From an uncultured Verrucomicrobiae bacterium (lineage in GTDB: Bacteria > Verrucomicrobiota > Verrucomicrobiia > Chthoniobacterales > JAATET01), in contig CAVRCI010000001.1 of NCBI GenBank assembly GCA_963719495.1, forward strand, positions 192,001-256,000: a stretch of DNA of 64,000 nt, given 5' to 3'. Position 1 is the stretch's first letter, and each line of letters starts with the position of its first letter. The position numbers were made by a program, and so were the translations under genes. Under the pieces are notes generated by a model that made no database searches, was not told the DNA's origin, and worked only from the letters and a program-made list of their open reading frames with translations. Shown in pieces: positions 9,482 to 19,336 of this stretch.

Positions 9482-10636
9482 CTAGTCGACCTTTGCGCGG
9501 AGGCTCCACGGTTTGGGGCCTGGAGCCGCTTCGACTTTGTCCCAATCGACGAGGCTGGCCAATGCCGTGACGCCGAGCCGGCAGAGGTGCCCCATTTTTC
9601 GGCCCGGTCGCGGCTCCGTCTTGCCGTAGAGGTGCAGCTTCACGTCCGGGTCACGCAGCAGCAGGCTCCAATCCGGCTCGCCGTCCGCCCAACGGTCGCC
9701 CAACAGATTCACCATCACCGCCGGAGTCAGCAAATCGACCGATCCAAGCGGCAAACCGCACACCGCCCGCAGCTGTTGCTCGAACTGACTCGTCACGCAG
9801 GCGTCGAACGAATAGTGCCCCGAATTGTGCGGCCTCGGCGCCATCTCGTTCACGAGCACGCCACCGTCCGGCAGCAAAAAACACTCCACCGCGATCACGC
9901 CGACCACTTCCAACCGATCCAGGATCTTAGCCGCGATTTCCCGTCCCGCGACCGCCGCCGCCGCCGGGATCCGCGCTGGTACGATCGAGCGATCCAAAAT
10001 GTGGTTCTGGTGCTCGTTCTCGCTCAGCGGAAAAACGCTCACCTCCCCGTCGCGACCGCGCGCACAGATGATCGAAAATTCCTTCTCGAACTCGACCCAG
10101 CCCTCCAGCACCGCCCGCTCCGCGCCCAACCGCGTCCACACCTCCGCCGCGTCGGCCCCGGCCAGCACGCGCACCTGCCCCTTCCCATCGTAACCCGACT
10201 CCGCCGTCTTGAGCACCCCGCCGCGCTCACCGAGTTCGGTCATCGCCACCGCCAATTCGTCCGCCGAAGCCACGACCCAAAACGGCGCGCACGCGATCCC
10301 ATTCTCGCGCAGGAACACCTTCTCCCGCTCGCGGTTCTGACAGACGTGCAAGACCCGCGCCCCGGGAAAAACCTCGCACCCCTCGCTCACCGCCTCGATC
10401 GCCGCCACGGGGATGTTTTCGAATTCGTAGGTCACCACGTCCACCTCGCGGCCAAATTTCCGCAATGCCTCGACGTCCGACCAAGCCGCCGCCACCTGCT
10501 CGTCCGCCACCTGCCCCGCCGGCGAGTCCGGCGTCGGCTCGAACACCCGCACCCGGTAGCCCAACCGCTTCGCCTCTAGCGCAAACATCCGCCCGAGCTG
10601 ACCACCACCCAGCAACCCGATCGTCGATCCCGGCAT
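9482..10636 (-). CDS. purK: 5-(carboxyamino)imidazole ribonucleotide synthase
   Basis: IGLLGGGQLGRM, TYEFEN, GYDGKGQ, NEMAPRPHNSGH, HLYGK..GRKMGH; start set at ATG 10636. Confidence 0.95.
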   Translation of the reverse strand: MPGSTIGLLGGGQLGRMFALEAKRLGYRVRVFEPTPDSPAGQVADEQVAAAWSDVEALRKFGREVDVVTYEFENIPVAAIEAVSEGCEVFPGARVLHVCQNREREKVFLRENGIACAPFWVVASADELAVAMTELGERGGVLKTAESGYDGKGQVRVLAGADAAEVWTRLGAERAVLEGWVEFEKEFSIICARGRDGEVSVFPLSENEHQNHILDRSIVPARIPAAAAVAGREIAAKILDRLEVVGVIAVECFLLPDGGVLVNEMAPRPHNSGHYSFDACVTSQFEQQLRAVCGLPLGSVDLLTPAVMVNLLGDRWADGEPDWSLLLRDPDVKLHLYGKTEPRPGRKMGHLCRLGVTALASLVDWDKVEAAPGPKPWSLRAKVD

Positions 10637-10691
10637 CACCACGCCGCCCCCTGATCCGGAATTCCTTCCCGTCCCCGTTCCGTCCCGCCTA

Positions 10692-12602
10692 ATGTCCCCG
10701 ACCGCATCTCTCTTCATGGAACGGGTCATTTACGCATTCGCACTCGCCGTCGTCACCACGATTCGCGCCCTCCCCCTCCCCGTCTGCTTCGCGCTCGGCC
10801 AGGCGATCGGTGCCACCCTCTGGCTCCTCGTCGTCCCCTACCGCCGACTCGCCCACGCCAATCTCGCCAAAGCCTTTGCCGGAGAAAAATCCCCCGCCGA
10901 GCTGCGCCGCCTCACCTTCCGCCACTTCACCACCCTCGGAGCCAACGCCTGCTCAGCGTTCAAGGTCGCGGCCATGACCGAGGACCAGCTCCGACGCCAT
11001 CACACCATCGAAGGCCTCGAGCACGTCACCGACGCCCTCGCCGCCGGCAAAGGCCTCGTCCTCGCGATCTCCCACATCGGCAACTGGGAACTCTTCGCCC
11101 AGGCGAATTTCCACGCCCGCCCCTGGAAGACCGCCACCGTCTACCAATCCCTGCGCAACAAACAGCTCGACGACCTCATCAACCGCGACCGCCGCGCGAA
11201 GGGCACCGCCACCTTCGACCGCAAACGCGGCCTCAACAAAGCCCTCGGCTTCCTCCGCGAAGGCAACCTCGTCGCCATCCTCGTCGACCAGCATGCCGGC
11301 GACTCCGGCCTCTGGACCCCCTTCTTCAACGCCCTCGCCTCCACCTCTCCCCTCGCCGCCTCCCTCGCCTGCCGCACCGGCGCGCCCATCGTCCCGATGG
11401 CCGTCTTCACCGCCGGCTTCGCCCGTTGGCGCATCTCCGCCCGACCCGCCATCCCCTACGATCCGGAGAATTCCGAGCAGCTCACCGCCGACGTGAACGC
11501 CGCGCTCGAATCCCAGATCCGCGAGTCGCCCGCCGACTGGTTCTGGGTCCACAACCGCTGGAAAGTTCCCCACCCCGACTTCCTCCTCGCGCGCGCCAAA
11601 CGCGGCGTTTACCTTCCCCCCGACACCGATCCCGCGACCTTGAAACCCTTCCGCATCCTCATTCGCTCCAGCAATTGGCTCGGCGATGCCGTCATGAGCA
11701 GCCCCGCCGTCCGCGCCATCGCCGCGGGCCGACCCGACGCCCGCGTCACCATCCTCACGCGGGAAAAACTCGCCGACTTCTGGCGCACGGTCCCCGGCGT
11801 GCACGACGTCATCGCCGTCCCTTCCGACGCCGGCGTGTTCAAGGTTGCCATGCGCATCCGCGGCCGCTTCGACGTCGCCATCATTTTCCCAAATTCCTCC
11901 CGCACCGCGCTCGAAGCCTGGCTTGGGGGCATCCGCCGCCGCGTCGGCTACGAAGGCGAAAGCCGCCGCTGGATGCTCAACCAGATCGTCCGCCCGGCAA
12001 AAAACCGCATGTGGCCCCGGCACCAGGCCTACCACTACCTCCGCATGGCCGACAGCGTGGGAGCCGAGCGGGGCGAACTCTCGATGCCGGCCGCGCCCCG
12101 GCCCGAAGGCCCGTTCCGCATCGGCCTCTGCCCCGGCGCCGAATACGGCCCCGCCAAGCGCTGGTATCCAACCCGTTTCCGCAAGGTCATGCAATCGCTC
12201 GCCGAAAAGCACCCCGACGCCACCTTCGTCATCGTCGGCACCGACGCCGATGCCCCCGTCGCCCGCGACATCATTCAGGGCTTCGACGGCAAAGTCGAAG
12301 ACCTCACCGGCCGCACCACCTTGGCGCAACTTCTCAAGGAACTCGCCCGCCTGCACGTCCTCGTCACCAACGACACCGGCACCATGCACCTCGCCGCCAG
12401 CCTCGGCGTCCCCTGCGTCGCCCTCTTCGGCAGCACCGAGCCCCTCCTCACCGGCCCTCTCGGCGACCATCACATCGTCATCCGCCACCAGGTCGAATGC
12501 TCCCCCTGCTACCAAAGAAATTGCCCGCTCGACTTCCGCTGCATGGAAGCCATCACCGCCGAAGAAGTCACGGAAGCGGTAGAAACGATCCTAGCCCGGT
12601 AG
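10692..12602 (+). CDS. Fusion of lipid A late acyltransferase (LpxL/HtrB family) and LPS heptosyltransferase II (WaaF, GT9)
   Basis: N-half has SHIGNWE, VDQHAG and WFWVHNRWK. C-half has SNWLGDAVM, CPGAEYGPAKRW, TNDTGTMHLA and CSPC. Single uninterrupted frame. Confidence 0.9.
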   Translation: MSPTASLFMERVIYAFALAVVTTIRALPLPVCFALGQAIGATLWLLVVPYRRLAHANLAKAFAGEKSPAELRRLTFRHFTTLGANACSAFKVAAMTEDQLRRHHTIEGLEHVTDALAAGKGLVLAISHIGNWELFAQANFHARPWKTATVYQSLRNKQLDDLINRDRRAKGTATFDRKRGLNKALGFLREGNLVAILVDQHAGDSGLWTPFFNALASTSPLAASLACRTGAPIVPMAVFTAGFARWRISARPAIPYDPENSEQLTADVNAALESQIRESPADWFWVHNRWKVPHPDFLLARAKRGVYLPPDTDPATLKPFRILIRSSNWLGDAVMSSPAVRAIAAGRPDARVTILTREKLADFWRTVPGVHDVIAVPSDAGVFKVAMRIRGRFDVAIIFPNSSRTALEAWLGGIRRRVGYEGESRRWMLNQIVRPAKNRMWPRHQAYHYLRMADSVGAERGELSMPAAPRPEGPFRIGLCPGAEYGPAKRWYPTRFRKVMQSLAEKHPDATFVIVGTDADAPVARDIIQGFDGKVEDLTGRTTLAQLLKELARLHVLVTNDTGTMHLAASLGVPCVALFGSTEPLLTGPLGDHHIVIRHQVECSPCYQRNCPLDFRCMEAITAEEVTEAVETILAR

Positions 12603-12605
12603 GAT

Positions 12606-12685
12606 GGGGAACGCACGCGTCCCGCGTGCGAGATGCGGCGTCCCGCCGCATCACCCGGCAATTTCGAGCAAAGCGAGAGAGCCGA
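12606..12685 (+). repeat. REP-like double-hairpin element, family A (intergenic copy)
   Basis: ggggaacgcacgcgtcccgcgtgcgagatgcggcgtcccgccgcatc...gcaaagcgagagagccg; five copies in the window. Confidence 0.9.
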
Positions 12686-12693
12686 CTGAGTTC

Positions 12694-12725
12694 CACCACT
12701 CACCAATCACGAGCCACCAATCACG
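12694..12725. repeat. 7-mer tandem array (CACCAAT type)
   Basis: caccactcaccaatcacgagccaccaatcacg; contains the GNAT gene stop codon. Confidence 0.75.
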
Positions 12726-13182
12726 CGAAGCCCCGTCGCATCACCGTAACAGCCCACCCATTGGCCGTCGACTCCTCCACCCGTTCGAACCCACTCCGTG
12801 CGAACAGCGATTGCCGTTCTTCCGTAAGACACCAGATCTCCGCGTGACCCGCCTCCCGCGCCGCGTCCACCGCCCGCGCAATCAATTCCGTCCCCACGCC
12901 GCCGCCACGCCACTCCGCGTCGACGATGAGACTCGCCACCCACGGATTCCATTCCGGCGGCGCGCCCGGTAAATCCCCGAAAACGACGCTCACCGACCCG
13001 ATCACCCGATCCCCGTCCAGCGCGACGAACGTCACCGGCAGCCCGTCGTCCGGCTCCGACAAAAATTCCCGCAACGCCACGCCCGCGTTCCAATCTTCGT
13101 AAAGGTGACCCCACTCCGCCCCGTGCCACGAAGCCAACCGCGCCGCCCACTCCGCCCGCCGATCCATCCGCACAATCCTCAC
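12721..13182 (-). CDS. GNAT family N-acetyltransferase
   Basis: NPWVASLIVDAEWRGGGVGTELI acetyl-CoA motif; start probably GTG 13182 or ATG 13167. Confidence 0.85.
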   Translation of the reverse strand: MRIVRMDRRAEWAARLASWHGAEWGHLYEDWNAGVALREFLSEPDDGLPVTFVALDGDRVIGSVSVVFGDLPGAPPEWNPWVASLIVDAEWRGGGVGTELIARAVDAAREAGHAEIWCLTEERQSLFARSGFERVEESTANGWAVTVMRRGFA

Positions 13183-13376
13183 GCCCGAATCTTCCCCGTC
13201 CCCACCCAGCAATCCAACGCAAAACCGTCCCCGCAGCCGGGGTGTGATCAACAAGGTCCTCGGTAAAGCCCGGGCCTTACCGCTGGCGAGCCGGAGCTTG
13301 CCCATCGGAGGGCCGAGGATCCGGGGGTCCCCGAACAGGGAGTGGCGAACGAACGAACGAACGAATGAATCCGCTC

Positions 13377-13410
13377 CCGATAAAACGTAACGGCCGTTAC
13401 GTTTTATCGG
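13377..13410. repeat. Perfect 34-bp AT-rich palindrome
   Basis: ccgataaaacgtaacgg|ccgttacgttttatcgg. Confidence 0.95.
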
Positions 13411-13622
13411 TAGACTCCGCGGGAATTGGGGGGGGGCGTCTGGATGAGGCGGGAGACCCGATGCTGCGAGGCCTTGGGCCGTGGCGATCTTCCACGGACT
13501 CGTCGCCAGCCTCCTGGCGTCCCCTCGGTCAGACGTTCGTCGCGTTCACAAGATTCTTCTTCCGATCAGGACGCGCTTTCGATCACACCCCCGCAGCCGG
13601 GCGCCTCGGAACCCCGCCCCCC

Positions 13623-13638
13623 TGGCACGCGCGCTGCT
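13623..13638 (+). promoter_or_regulatory. Putative sigma-54 (-24/-12) promoter
   Basis: TGGCACGCGCGCTGCT against consensus TGGCACG-N4-TTGCW, one mismatch; 17 nt upstream of ATG 13656. Confidence 0.6.
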
Positions 13639-13655
13639 CGCCCATAGGTCCCGGA

Positions 13656-14324
13656 ATGATTCACGCCAATTGTCGTGCCCGGTTCACCGCGGATGATTTC
13701 GATTTTATCGTCCGCTCGCTCAGCCACTCGCCCCGCGACGCGGTCTCGCTCGCCGACCTCCTCCTCGACGCCGACAGCCGCGATGAAGTCCTCGAACACG
13801 ACGCCCTTTCCGACGCAATCCTCGACTCCGTCGACACCCTCCGCATCTCGTCGCACCTCTACTTCTACGTCCTCTGCCGGAAGGTTCTGAAAAATACCAG
13901 CGTCTCCAGCCGCGACGCCGCCGACTACATCGCGGCTATGCTCGAGGCCTACTCGCACACCGGCCGGGGATCCGCCGCCACACCCGCCCCCTACCTATCC
14001 GATCTCCTGATCGCCCTCCGCGAGGCCACGCCCGCCGAGGCGTTCCGGCTCCGCGCGCACCTCGCGAATTCCGCCCTCTTCCTCTCCGGCGTCTTCGCCA
14101 ACAATATCGACAAGCGCGCCCAACGCGGTGCGCCCGACCTCTCGTTCTACGAAAGCCTCGGCAGCTCGAGTTTCCACGCCGCCGCCGGTCACCGCGACGC
14201 CCGCCGCTTCGAATTGGATCATATCTTCGAAGAACTCGCCGCCGGCTTCCACGACGCCCGTCTCGCCCTCAACGACCTCGCCGACCGCCTCTTCCACTTC
14301 GATTCGCCCGCGACGCCAATCTGA
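13656..14324 (+). CDS. Conserved hypothetical helical protein
   Basis: MIHANCRARFTADDFDF...ISSHLYFYVL...ALFLSGVF...FYESLG; upstream part of the track ORF is noncoding. Confidence 0.75.
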   Translation: MIHANCRARFTADDFDFIVRSLSHSPRDAVSLADLLLDADSRDEVLEHDALSDAILDSVDTLRISSHLYFYVLCRKVLKNTSVSSRDAADYIAAMLEAYSHTGRGSAATPAPYLSDLLIALREATPAEAFRLRAHLANSALFLSGVFANNIDKRAQRGAPDLSFYESLGSSSFHAAAGHRDARRFELDHIFEELAAGFHDARLALNDLADRLFHFDSPATPI

Positions 14325-14363
14325 GATCTTGCGCAACCGTCCGCAACCCGCTCGAACAGCGCG

Positions 14364-14798
14364 ATGCAAACGCTCCTAGGAATTGCCACAGTCTGGTGCC
14401 TCGGCTTTCTCTACCTCGTCGGAGCCATGCCCGCGGGAGTGGGCTTCGGACTCCCGATCGTCGTCACCGCGATCATTGCGTGGACCGGATACGCCGCCGG
14501 CGCGTCCGTCGTTCTCCTCGCCGGCGACGGTCTCCGCGACTGGCTCATGCGAAAGCTGAAGGTGTCGAAAACACCCGACCGCTCCAAGCGACTCTACCGG
14601 ATGTGGGACCGCTTCGGCCTCTGGGCCCTCGCCTTGCTTGCCCCCGTCTCCATCGGCCCCCAAGCCGGTTTCCTCGTCGGCCTCACGCTCGGCGCCCCGA
14701 AGTGGCGGCTCGCCACCGCCCTAGCCCTCGGCGCCATCCCCTGGATCACCCTCTTCGCCGTCCTGACCGCCCTCGGCGTTCAGCTCGTGAACGAATGA
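14364..14798 (+). CDS. Small multidrug-export-like (Sm_multidrug_ex/DedA-related) membrane protein
   Basis: About four TM segments; WDRFGLWALALLAPVSIG. Confidence 0.65.
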   Translation: MQTLLGIATVWCLGFLYLVGAMPAGVGFGLPIVVTAIIAWTGYAAGASVVLLAGDGLRDWLMRKLKVSKTPDRSKRLYRMWDRFGLWALALLAPVSIGPQAGFLVGLTLGAPKWRLATALALGAIPWITLFAVLTALGVQLVNE

Positions 14799-14805
14799 GT
14801 CTCTA

Positions 14806-14896
14806 ACCGCGAATGGACGCGAATTCACGCGAATAGCTTCGAATGATCAGGTCGAAATTTTTTCCGATTCGCGTCCATTCGCGTCCATCCGTGGTT
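14806..14896. repeat. Inverted pair of 10-mer tandem arrays (ACGCGAATGG type)
   Basis: aaccgcgaatggacgcgaattcacgcgaat ... attcgcgtccattcgcgtccatccgtggtt. Confidence 0.85.
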
Positions 14897-17800
14897 CTGT
14901 ATTCTTCCTCCGCTTTTCCACCAATTTCTCGACCACGTAGAACGCCACCGGCACCAGAAAGATCCCAATCAGCGTCGACGCCAACATCCCGCCGATGACC
15001 GCCGTCCCGAGAATCCGCCGTGACACCGCGCCCGACCCCGTCGCGATCCACAGCGGCACGCAGCCCAGGATAAACGCGAACGCGGTCATTAAAATCGGCC
15101 GCAGCCGCAGCTTCGCCCCCGCCAGCGCCGCGTCGTAGATCGATTTCCCCTTCTCCAATTCGGCCTTCGCGAACTCGACGATCAGGATTGCGTTCTTCGC
15201 GCTCAAACCGATCAACATCACCAACCCGATCTGCGTGTAGACGTCGTTCTCGTAAAACCCGGCCTCGAACCGCCGCAGCAGCAGCGCCGCGAACGCGCCA
15301 AAGACCGCCACCGGCGTGGCCATCAAGACGCTGAACGGGAGACTCCAGCTCTCGTATTGCGCGGCCATGATCAAAAACACGAACAGCAGCGACAACCCGA
15401 AGATCACGCCCGGCGACACGCCCTGCGCCGCCTGTTGCTCCTGGAAAGACATCCCCGAATAATCGTAGCCCATCTCCGTCGGCATCGTCGCGGCGAAGAC
15501 CTCCTCGAGCGCCGTCATCGCCTGTCCGCTGCTGTAGCCCGGCGCGCTCGTCGCGTTGATCTGCGCCGACCGATACATGTTGTAGCGCATCGTGAATTCC
15601 GGCCCCATCCGCGGTTCGACGTTCACGAGCGCGCTCAGCGGCACCGGGTCGCCCTGATCGTTGCGCACGTAGAACAAGCCGAGGTTGTCCATCGAATTTC
15701 GGAAATCCCCATCCGCCGCGAGGTAGACCTGCCACTGGAGACCGAAGCGGTTGAAGTAATTGATGAAAACGCCGCCGAGAAACGCCTGCAACGTCTGGTA
15801 AACCGACTCGATCTGGACGCCCTGCTTGAGCACCTTCTGGACGTCGACCTCGACGCCGAGCTGCGGCACGGACGGCAACAACGTCGTCGTCACGCGCGAA
15901 AGCTCCGGTCGCTTCTCCGCCGCCTCGAGGAAATTCTGCGTCTGCTCGGCGAGGAACTCGACCGATCCACCCGAACGATCCTGCAGGATGAACGTCGCGC
16001 CGCCCGACGTGCCGATGCCCGGAATCGCGGGCGGCGGAAACGCGAAAGCCATCGCGCCCGGCACCTGCGAGAACTCGCGGTTGATGTGCTGCAGGATCGC
16101 GGGCACCTGCGTGTCCTTCGTGTGGCGCTCGCCCCATTCCTCGAGCGTGATGAAGAAGAACGCGCTGTAGGTCATCGTGACCTGACTCATGAGATCGTAG
16201 CCCAGCACGGTCGTCACCGACTCGACGCCCGGCGTCTTTTCGATGATCGCTTCGAGATCCGTCGCAACTTCGCCGGTGCGTTGCAGCGACGACGCGTTCG
16301 GCAACTGCGCGAGCCCGAAGACGTAACCCTGGTCGTCGTTCGGGATGAAGCCCGGAGGCAGCTTCCAACCCATCACGACCGTGCCGCCAACGAGAATCGC
16401 CAGCCCGATGAGCGTGATCACGCACTTGCGGATGAGCAGACCCGACGTCTTGACGTAACCGTCGGTCACCCGACCGAACCCCCGGTTGAAGAGTCGGAAA
16501 AACTTCGCCAGCCAGCCGTTGGACTCCGTCTTCGGCTTGAGCAGCATCGCCGCGAGCGCGGGGCTGAGAGACAGCGCGTTGAAGGCCGAGATCGCGACCG
16601 AGACCGCGATGGTGACCGCAAACTGCTGATACATCTCGCCGGTAATCCCCGGGATGAAGATCGTCGGCACAAAAACCGCGATCATCACGAGCGCGGTCGC
16701 GACCACCGGCCCCTGCACCTCGCCGACGGCCTTGAACGCCGCGTCGCGCGGCGACATCCCACGCTCGATGTGCTGCTCGACGGCCTCGACGACGACGATG
16801 GCGTCGTCCACCACCAACCCGATCGCGAGCACGAGCCCAAACATCGACAGCGTGTTCACGGAAAATCCAAACACCGGGAAGAACGCGAACGTCCCGATCA
16901 GGGACACCGGCACGGCGATCAGCGGGATGAGCGTCGCCCTCCAGCCCTGGAGGAAAATGAAGACGACGATGATGACGAGAACGATCGCCTCGAAGAGCGT
17001 CTTCACGATGTCACGCATGCTCTCGGTGACCGCGAGCGTGGTATCGAGCGCGACTTTGTATTCGAGTCCGACCGGGAAGCCGAGCGCCGCCTCCGCCATG
17101 ATCTTCCGAGCCTCCGCCGCCGCGTCGAGGGCGTTCGACCCGGCCTGCTGGTAGAGTGCGATGACGGCCGAAGGCTTGCCGTCGAAGCGGCCCTGAATCG
17201 CGTAATTCTGAGCGCCGAGTTCGATTCGCGCGACGTCGGCGAGCGTGACGTTCGAGCCGTCGGCTTCCTCGCGAATGACGATGCCGCCGAATTCCTCCTC
17301 CGTCACCAGCCGGCCCTGCGCGATCACGGAATACGTGAACTCCTGCCCCGCCGGCACGGGCGAGCCGCCGATTTGACCCGCGGGATTCACGGTGTTCTGC
17401 GCGTTCACGGCGCTCACGATTTCCTGAACGGTGATGTTCAACTTCGCGAGCGCGTCGGGTCGCACCCAGAAGCGCATCGCGTATTGCCCGGCGCCGAAGA
17501 CGTTCACGTTGCCGACGCCGTTCACGCGGGCGAGGTCGTTCGTGAGATTGATGTAGGCGTAGTTCGCGAGGAACGTCGCGTCGTAGGTCGAGTCGGGCGA
17601 GTAGAGCGCGAAGATGAGGAGCGGCGCGGACGTCGCCTGATTGACGGTCACGCCGAAATTCCGCACGTCGGTCGGCAACTGCGACGTGGCCTGATTCTGC
17701 CGCATCTGGGTGAGGATCTGGTCGGTCGTGCTGTCGGTCTCGACGCCGAAGAACACGTTGAGCGTCATCTGCCCGTTGTTCGAGTTCACGGAATACATGT

Positions 17801-18029
17801 ATTCCATGTCCTGCACGCCGTTGACCTGCTGCTCGATCGGCGTGGCGACCGAGGATTCGACCGTGAGAGCGTCGGCCCCCACGTAGGTCGTCGCGACCTG
17901 GATCTGCGGCGGCACGATGTTCGGAAACTGCGCGATGGGCAGCCCGAGCAGGCTCACCAACCCGAGGATCACGAGGATGATCGAGATGACGATCGCGACG
18001 ATCGGCCGGTTGATGAAAAACCGCGACAT
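14847..18029 (-). CDS. RND efflux permease, HAE1/AcrB family
   Basis: MSRFFINRPIVA, GLVVDDAIVVVE, KNAILIVEFA, RLRPILMT. Confidence 0.96.
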   Translation of the reverse strand: MSRFFINRPIVAIVISIILVILGLVSLLGLPIAQFPNIVPPQIQVATTYVGADALTVESSVATPIEQQVNGVQDMEYMYSVNSNNGQMTLNVFFGVETDSTTDQILTQMRQNQATSQLPTDVRNFGVTVNQATSAPLLIFALYSPDSTYDATFLANYAYINLTNDLARVNGVGNVNVFGAGQYAMRFWVRPDALAKLNITVQEIVSAVNAQNTVNPAGQIGGSPVPAGQEFTYSVIAQGRLVTEEEFGGIVIREEADGSNVTLADVARIELGAQNYAIQGRFDGKPSAVIALYQQAGSNALDAAAEARKIMAEAALGFPVGLEYKVALDTTLAVTESMRDIVKTLFEAIVLVIIVVFIFLQGWRATLIPLIAVPVSLIGTFAFFPVFGFSVNTLSMFGLVLAIGLVVDDAIVVVEAVEQHIERGMSPRDAAFKAVGEVQGPVVATALVMIAVFVPTIFIPGITGEMYQQFAVTIAVSVAISAFNALSLSPALAAMLLKPKTESNGWLAKFFRLFNRGFGRVTDGYVKTSGLLIRKCVITLIGLAILVGGTVVMGWKLPPGFIPNDDQGYVFGLAQLPNASSLQRTGEVATDLEAIIEKTPGVESVTTVLGYDLMSQVTMTYSAFFFITLEEWGERHTKDTQVPAILQHINREFSQVPGAMAFAFPPPAIPGIGTSGGATFILQDRSGGSVEFLAEQTQNFLEAAEKRPELSRVTTTLLPSVPQLGVEVDVQKVLKQGVQIESVYQTLQAFLGGVFINYFNRFGLQWQVYLAADGDFRNSMDNLGLFYVRNDQGDPVPLSALVNVEPRMGPEFTMRYNMYRSAQINATSAPGYSSGQAMTALEEVFAATMPTEMGYDYSGMSFQEQQAAQGVSPGVIFGLSLLFVFLIMAAQYESWSLPFSVLMATPVAVFGAFAALLLRRFEAGFYENDVYTQIGLVMLIGLSAKNAILIVEFAKAELEKGKSIYDAALAGAKLRLRPILMTAFAFILGCVPLWIATGSGAVSRRILGTAVIGGMLASTLIGIFLVPVAFYVVEKLVEKRRKNTEPRMDANGRESEKIST

Positions 18030-19324
18030 CAGTTCGCCGGGGCGGGGGTCGACGTGGCGGTCGCGGCGGGCGTCGCGCTCGCGGCGGGCGCGGGCGATGG
18101 GGCGGGCGTCGCGTCCGGCTCGAGGGTCGGGCCGGCCTGGCTCGGCTCGGCTTCGTCGAGCGAACCCTTCTCCGCGGGGTCTTCCTCGTAGGGCTCGGTT
18201 CGGACGACCGCGCCGTCCTTGATTTTTTGCAATCCTTCCACGACGACCACGTCACCCGCGACCAGCCCCTCTTCGATCACTTGAAGGCTCCCGACCGTGG
18301 GCCCGGTCGTCACGGCTTTGAGCGTCACTTTGTTGCCCTCCCCGATCACTCCGACCCGGCTGATCCCCTGCAGATCACCGACGGCGCGCTGCGGGATCGC
18401 GATGCCGTCGGGCAGGACCTTGGTGACCGCCGTCACGAGACCGAATTGGCCGGGGCGCAGGAGATTGCCGGGATTCGGAAAGATGCCTTGGAGCGAGAGC
18501 GATCCCGTTCCGGCGTTCACCGTGCTGTCGACCGCCGTCAACTCGCCGGTGCGCGGGTAGACGTCGCCGTTAGCCAGCGTGAGGGTGAGCGCCGTCATGC
18601 CGCCCTTTTTCTCGGGCTGGCCGATGGGTGACTTCGACGGGTCGTCGAAAAATTGTTGGATGAAATCGATGTATTCCTGCTCGGCGGCGGAGAAGTTCAC
18701 CTTGATCGGATCGACCTTCGTGACCGTCGAGAGCACGCCGGTCGAGGGCCCGACGAGGTCGCCAACCTGCGCGGTCGCGATGCTCGAAATGCCGTCGATG
18801 GGCGACTCGATGTTGGTGAAATCGAGGTTGAGCCGCGCCTGTTCGACCGCCGCGTTGGCGGAGTCCGCCGCCGCTTTGCTGGCCTGGTATTGCTGCAGCG
18901 TGTCGTCGTATTGCTGCTGACTGATGACCTCTTTTTTGTAGAGTTCCGCCGAGCGGTCGGCATTGAGCTTGTCCTTGGTCAGCTGCGCCAGGGCTTGCGC
19001 CGCACCACCCTGGGCCTGCGCGAGAGTCGCCTGGAAGGGCCGCGGATCAATCTTGAAAAGGACGTCACCTTTCTTGACGAGCGAGCCGTTTTGATAAACC
19101 TGCTCGAGCAAATAACCACTCACCTGCGCGCTGATCGCGGCGTTCACGTCGCCATCCAGTGTGCCGACCCACGTGTGCGAGAGCGGGACGCGCTGCGTCT
19201 CGACGGTCATCACCTGAACGAGCGGCGGCTGGGGCGTCGGAGCTTTCGGCTTTTCGCAAGCCGTGAGCAGCGCGAGCGCCGCCAGAAGTCCCGCGGAGGA
19301 CCGAATCGAATAACCACGCCTCAT
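18029..19324 (-). CDS. RND periplasmic adaptor (MFP) lipoprotein
   Basis: Lipobox LTAC, VKKGDVLFKIDPRPF, IESPIDG, LRPGQF. Confidence 0.93.
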   Translation of the reverse strand: MRRGYSIRSSAGLLAALALLTACEKPKAPTPQPPLVQVMTVETQRVPLSHTWVGTLDGDVNAAISAQVSGYLLEQVYQNGSLVKKGDVLFKIDPRPFQATLAQAQGGAAQALAQLTKDKLNADRSAELYKKEVISQQQYDDTLQQYQASKAAADSANAAVEQARLNLDFTNIESPIDGISSIATAQVGDLVGPSTGVLSTVTKVDPIKVNFSAAEQEYIDFIQQFFDDPSKSPIGQPEKKGGMTALTLTLANGDVYPRTGELTAVDSTVNAGTGSLSLQGIFPNPGNLLRPGQFGLVTAVTKVLPDGIAIPQRAVGDLQGISRVGVIGEGNKVTLKAVTTGPTVGSLQVIEEGLVAGDVVVVEGLQKIKDGAVVRTEPYEEDPAEKGSLDEAEPSQAGPTLEPDATPAPSPAPAASATPAATATSTPAPAN

Positions 19325-19336
19325 GGACGCAGAGTT

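Noticed and set aside
9482..10636. purK without an adjacent purE
   Set aside because: Split pur genes are common, and purE may lie elsewhere in the genome.
13260..13276. AAAGCCCGGG resembling the 3' end of ykkC-type riboswitches; also considered 6S RNA
   Set aside because: The other conserved elements are missing and the downstream gene context does not fit; kept only as an unclassified structured region.
15357..18191. Long antisense ORFs (also 35159-37570, 46204-49182, 7246-8907)
   Set aside because: They lie opposite well-supported genes, carry no motifs, and are expected at this GC content.
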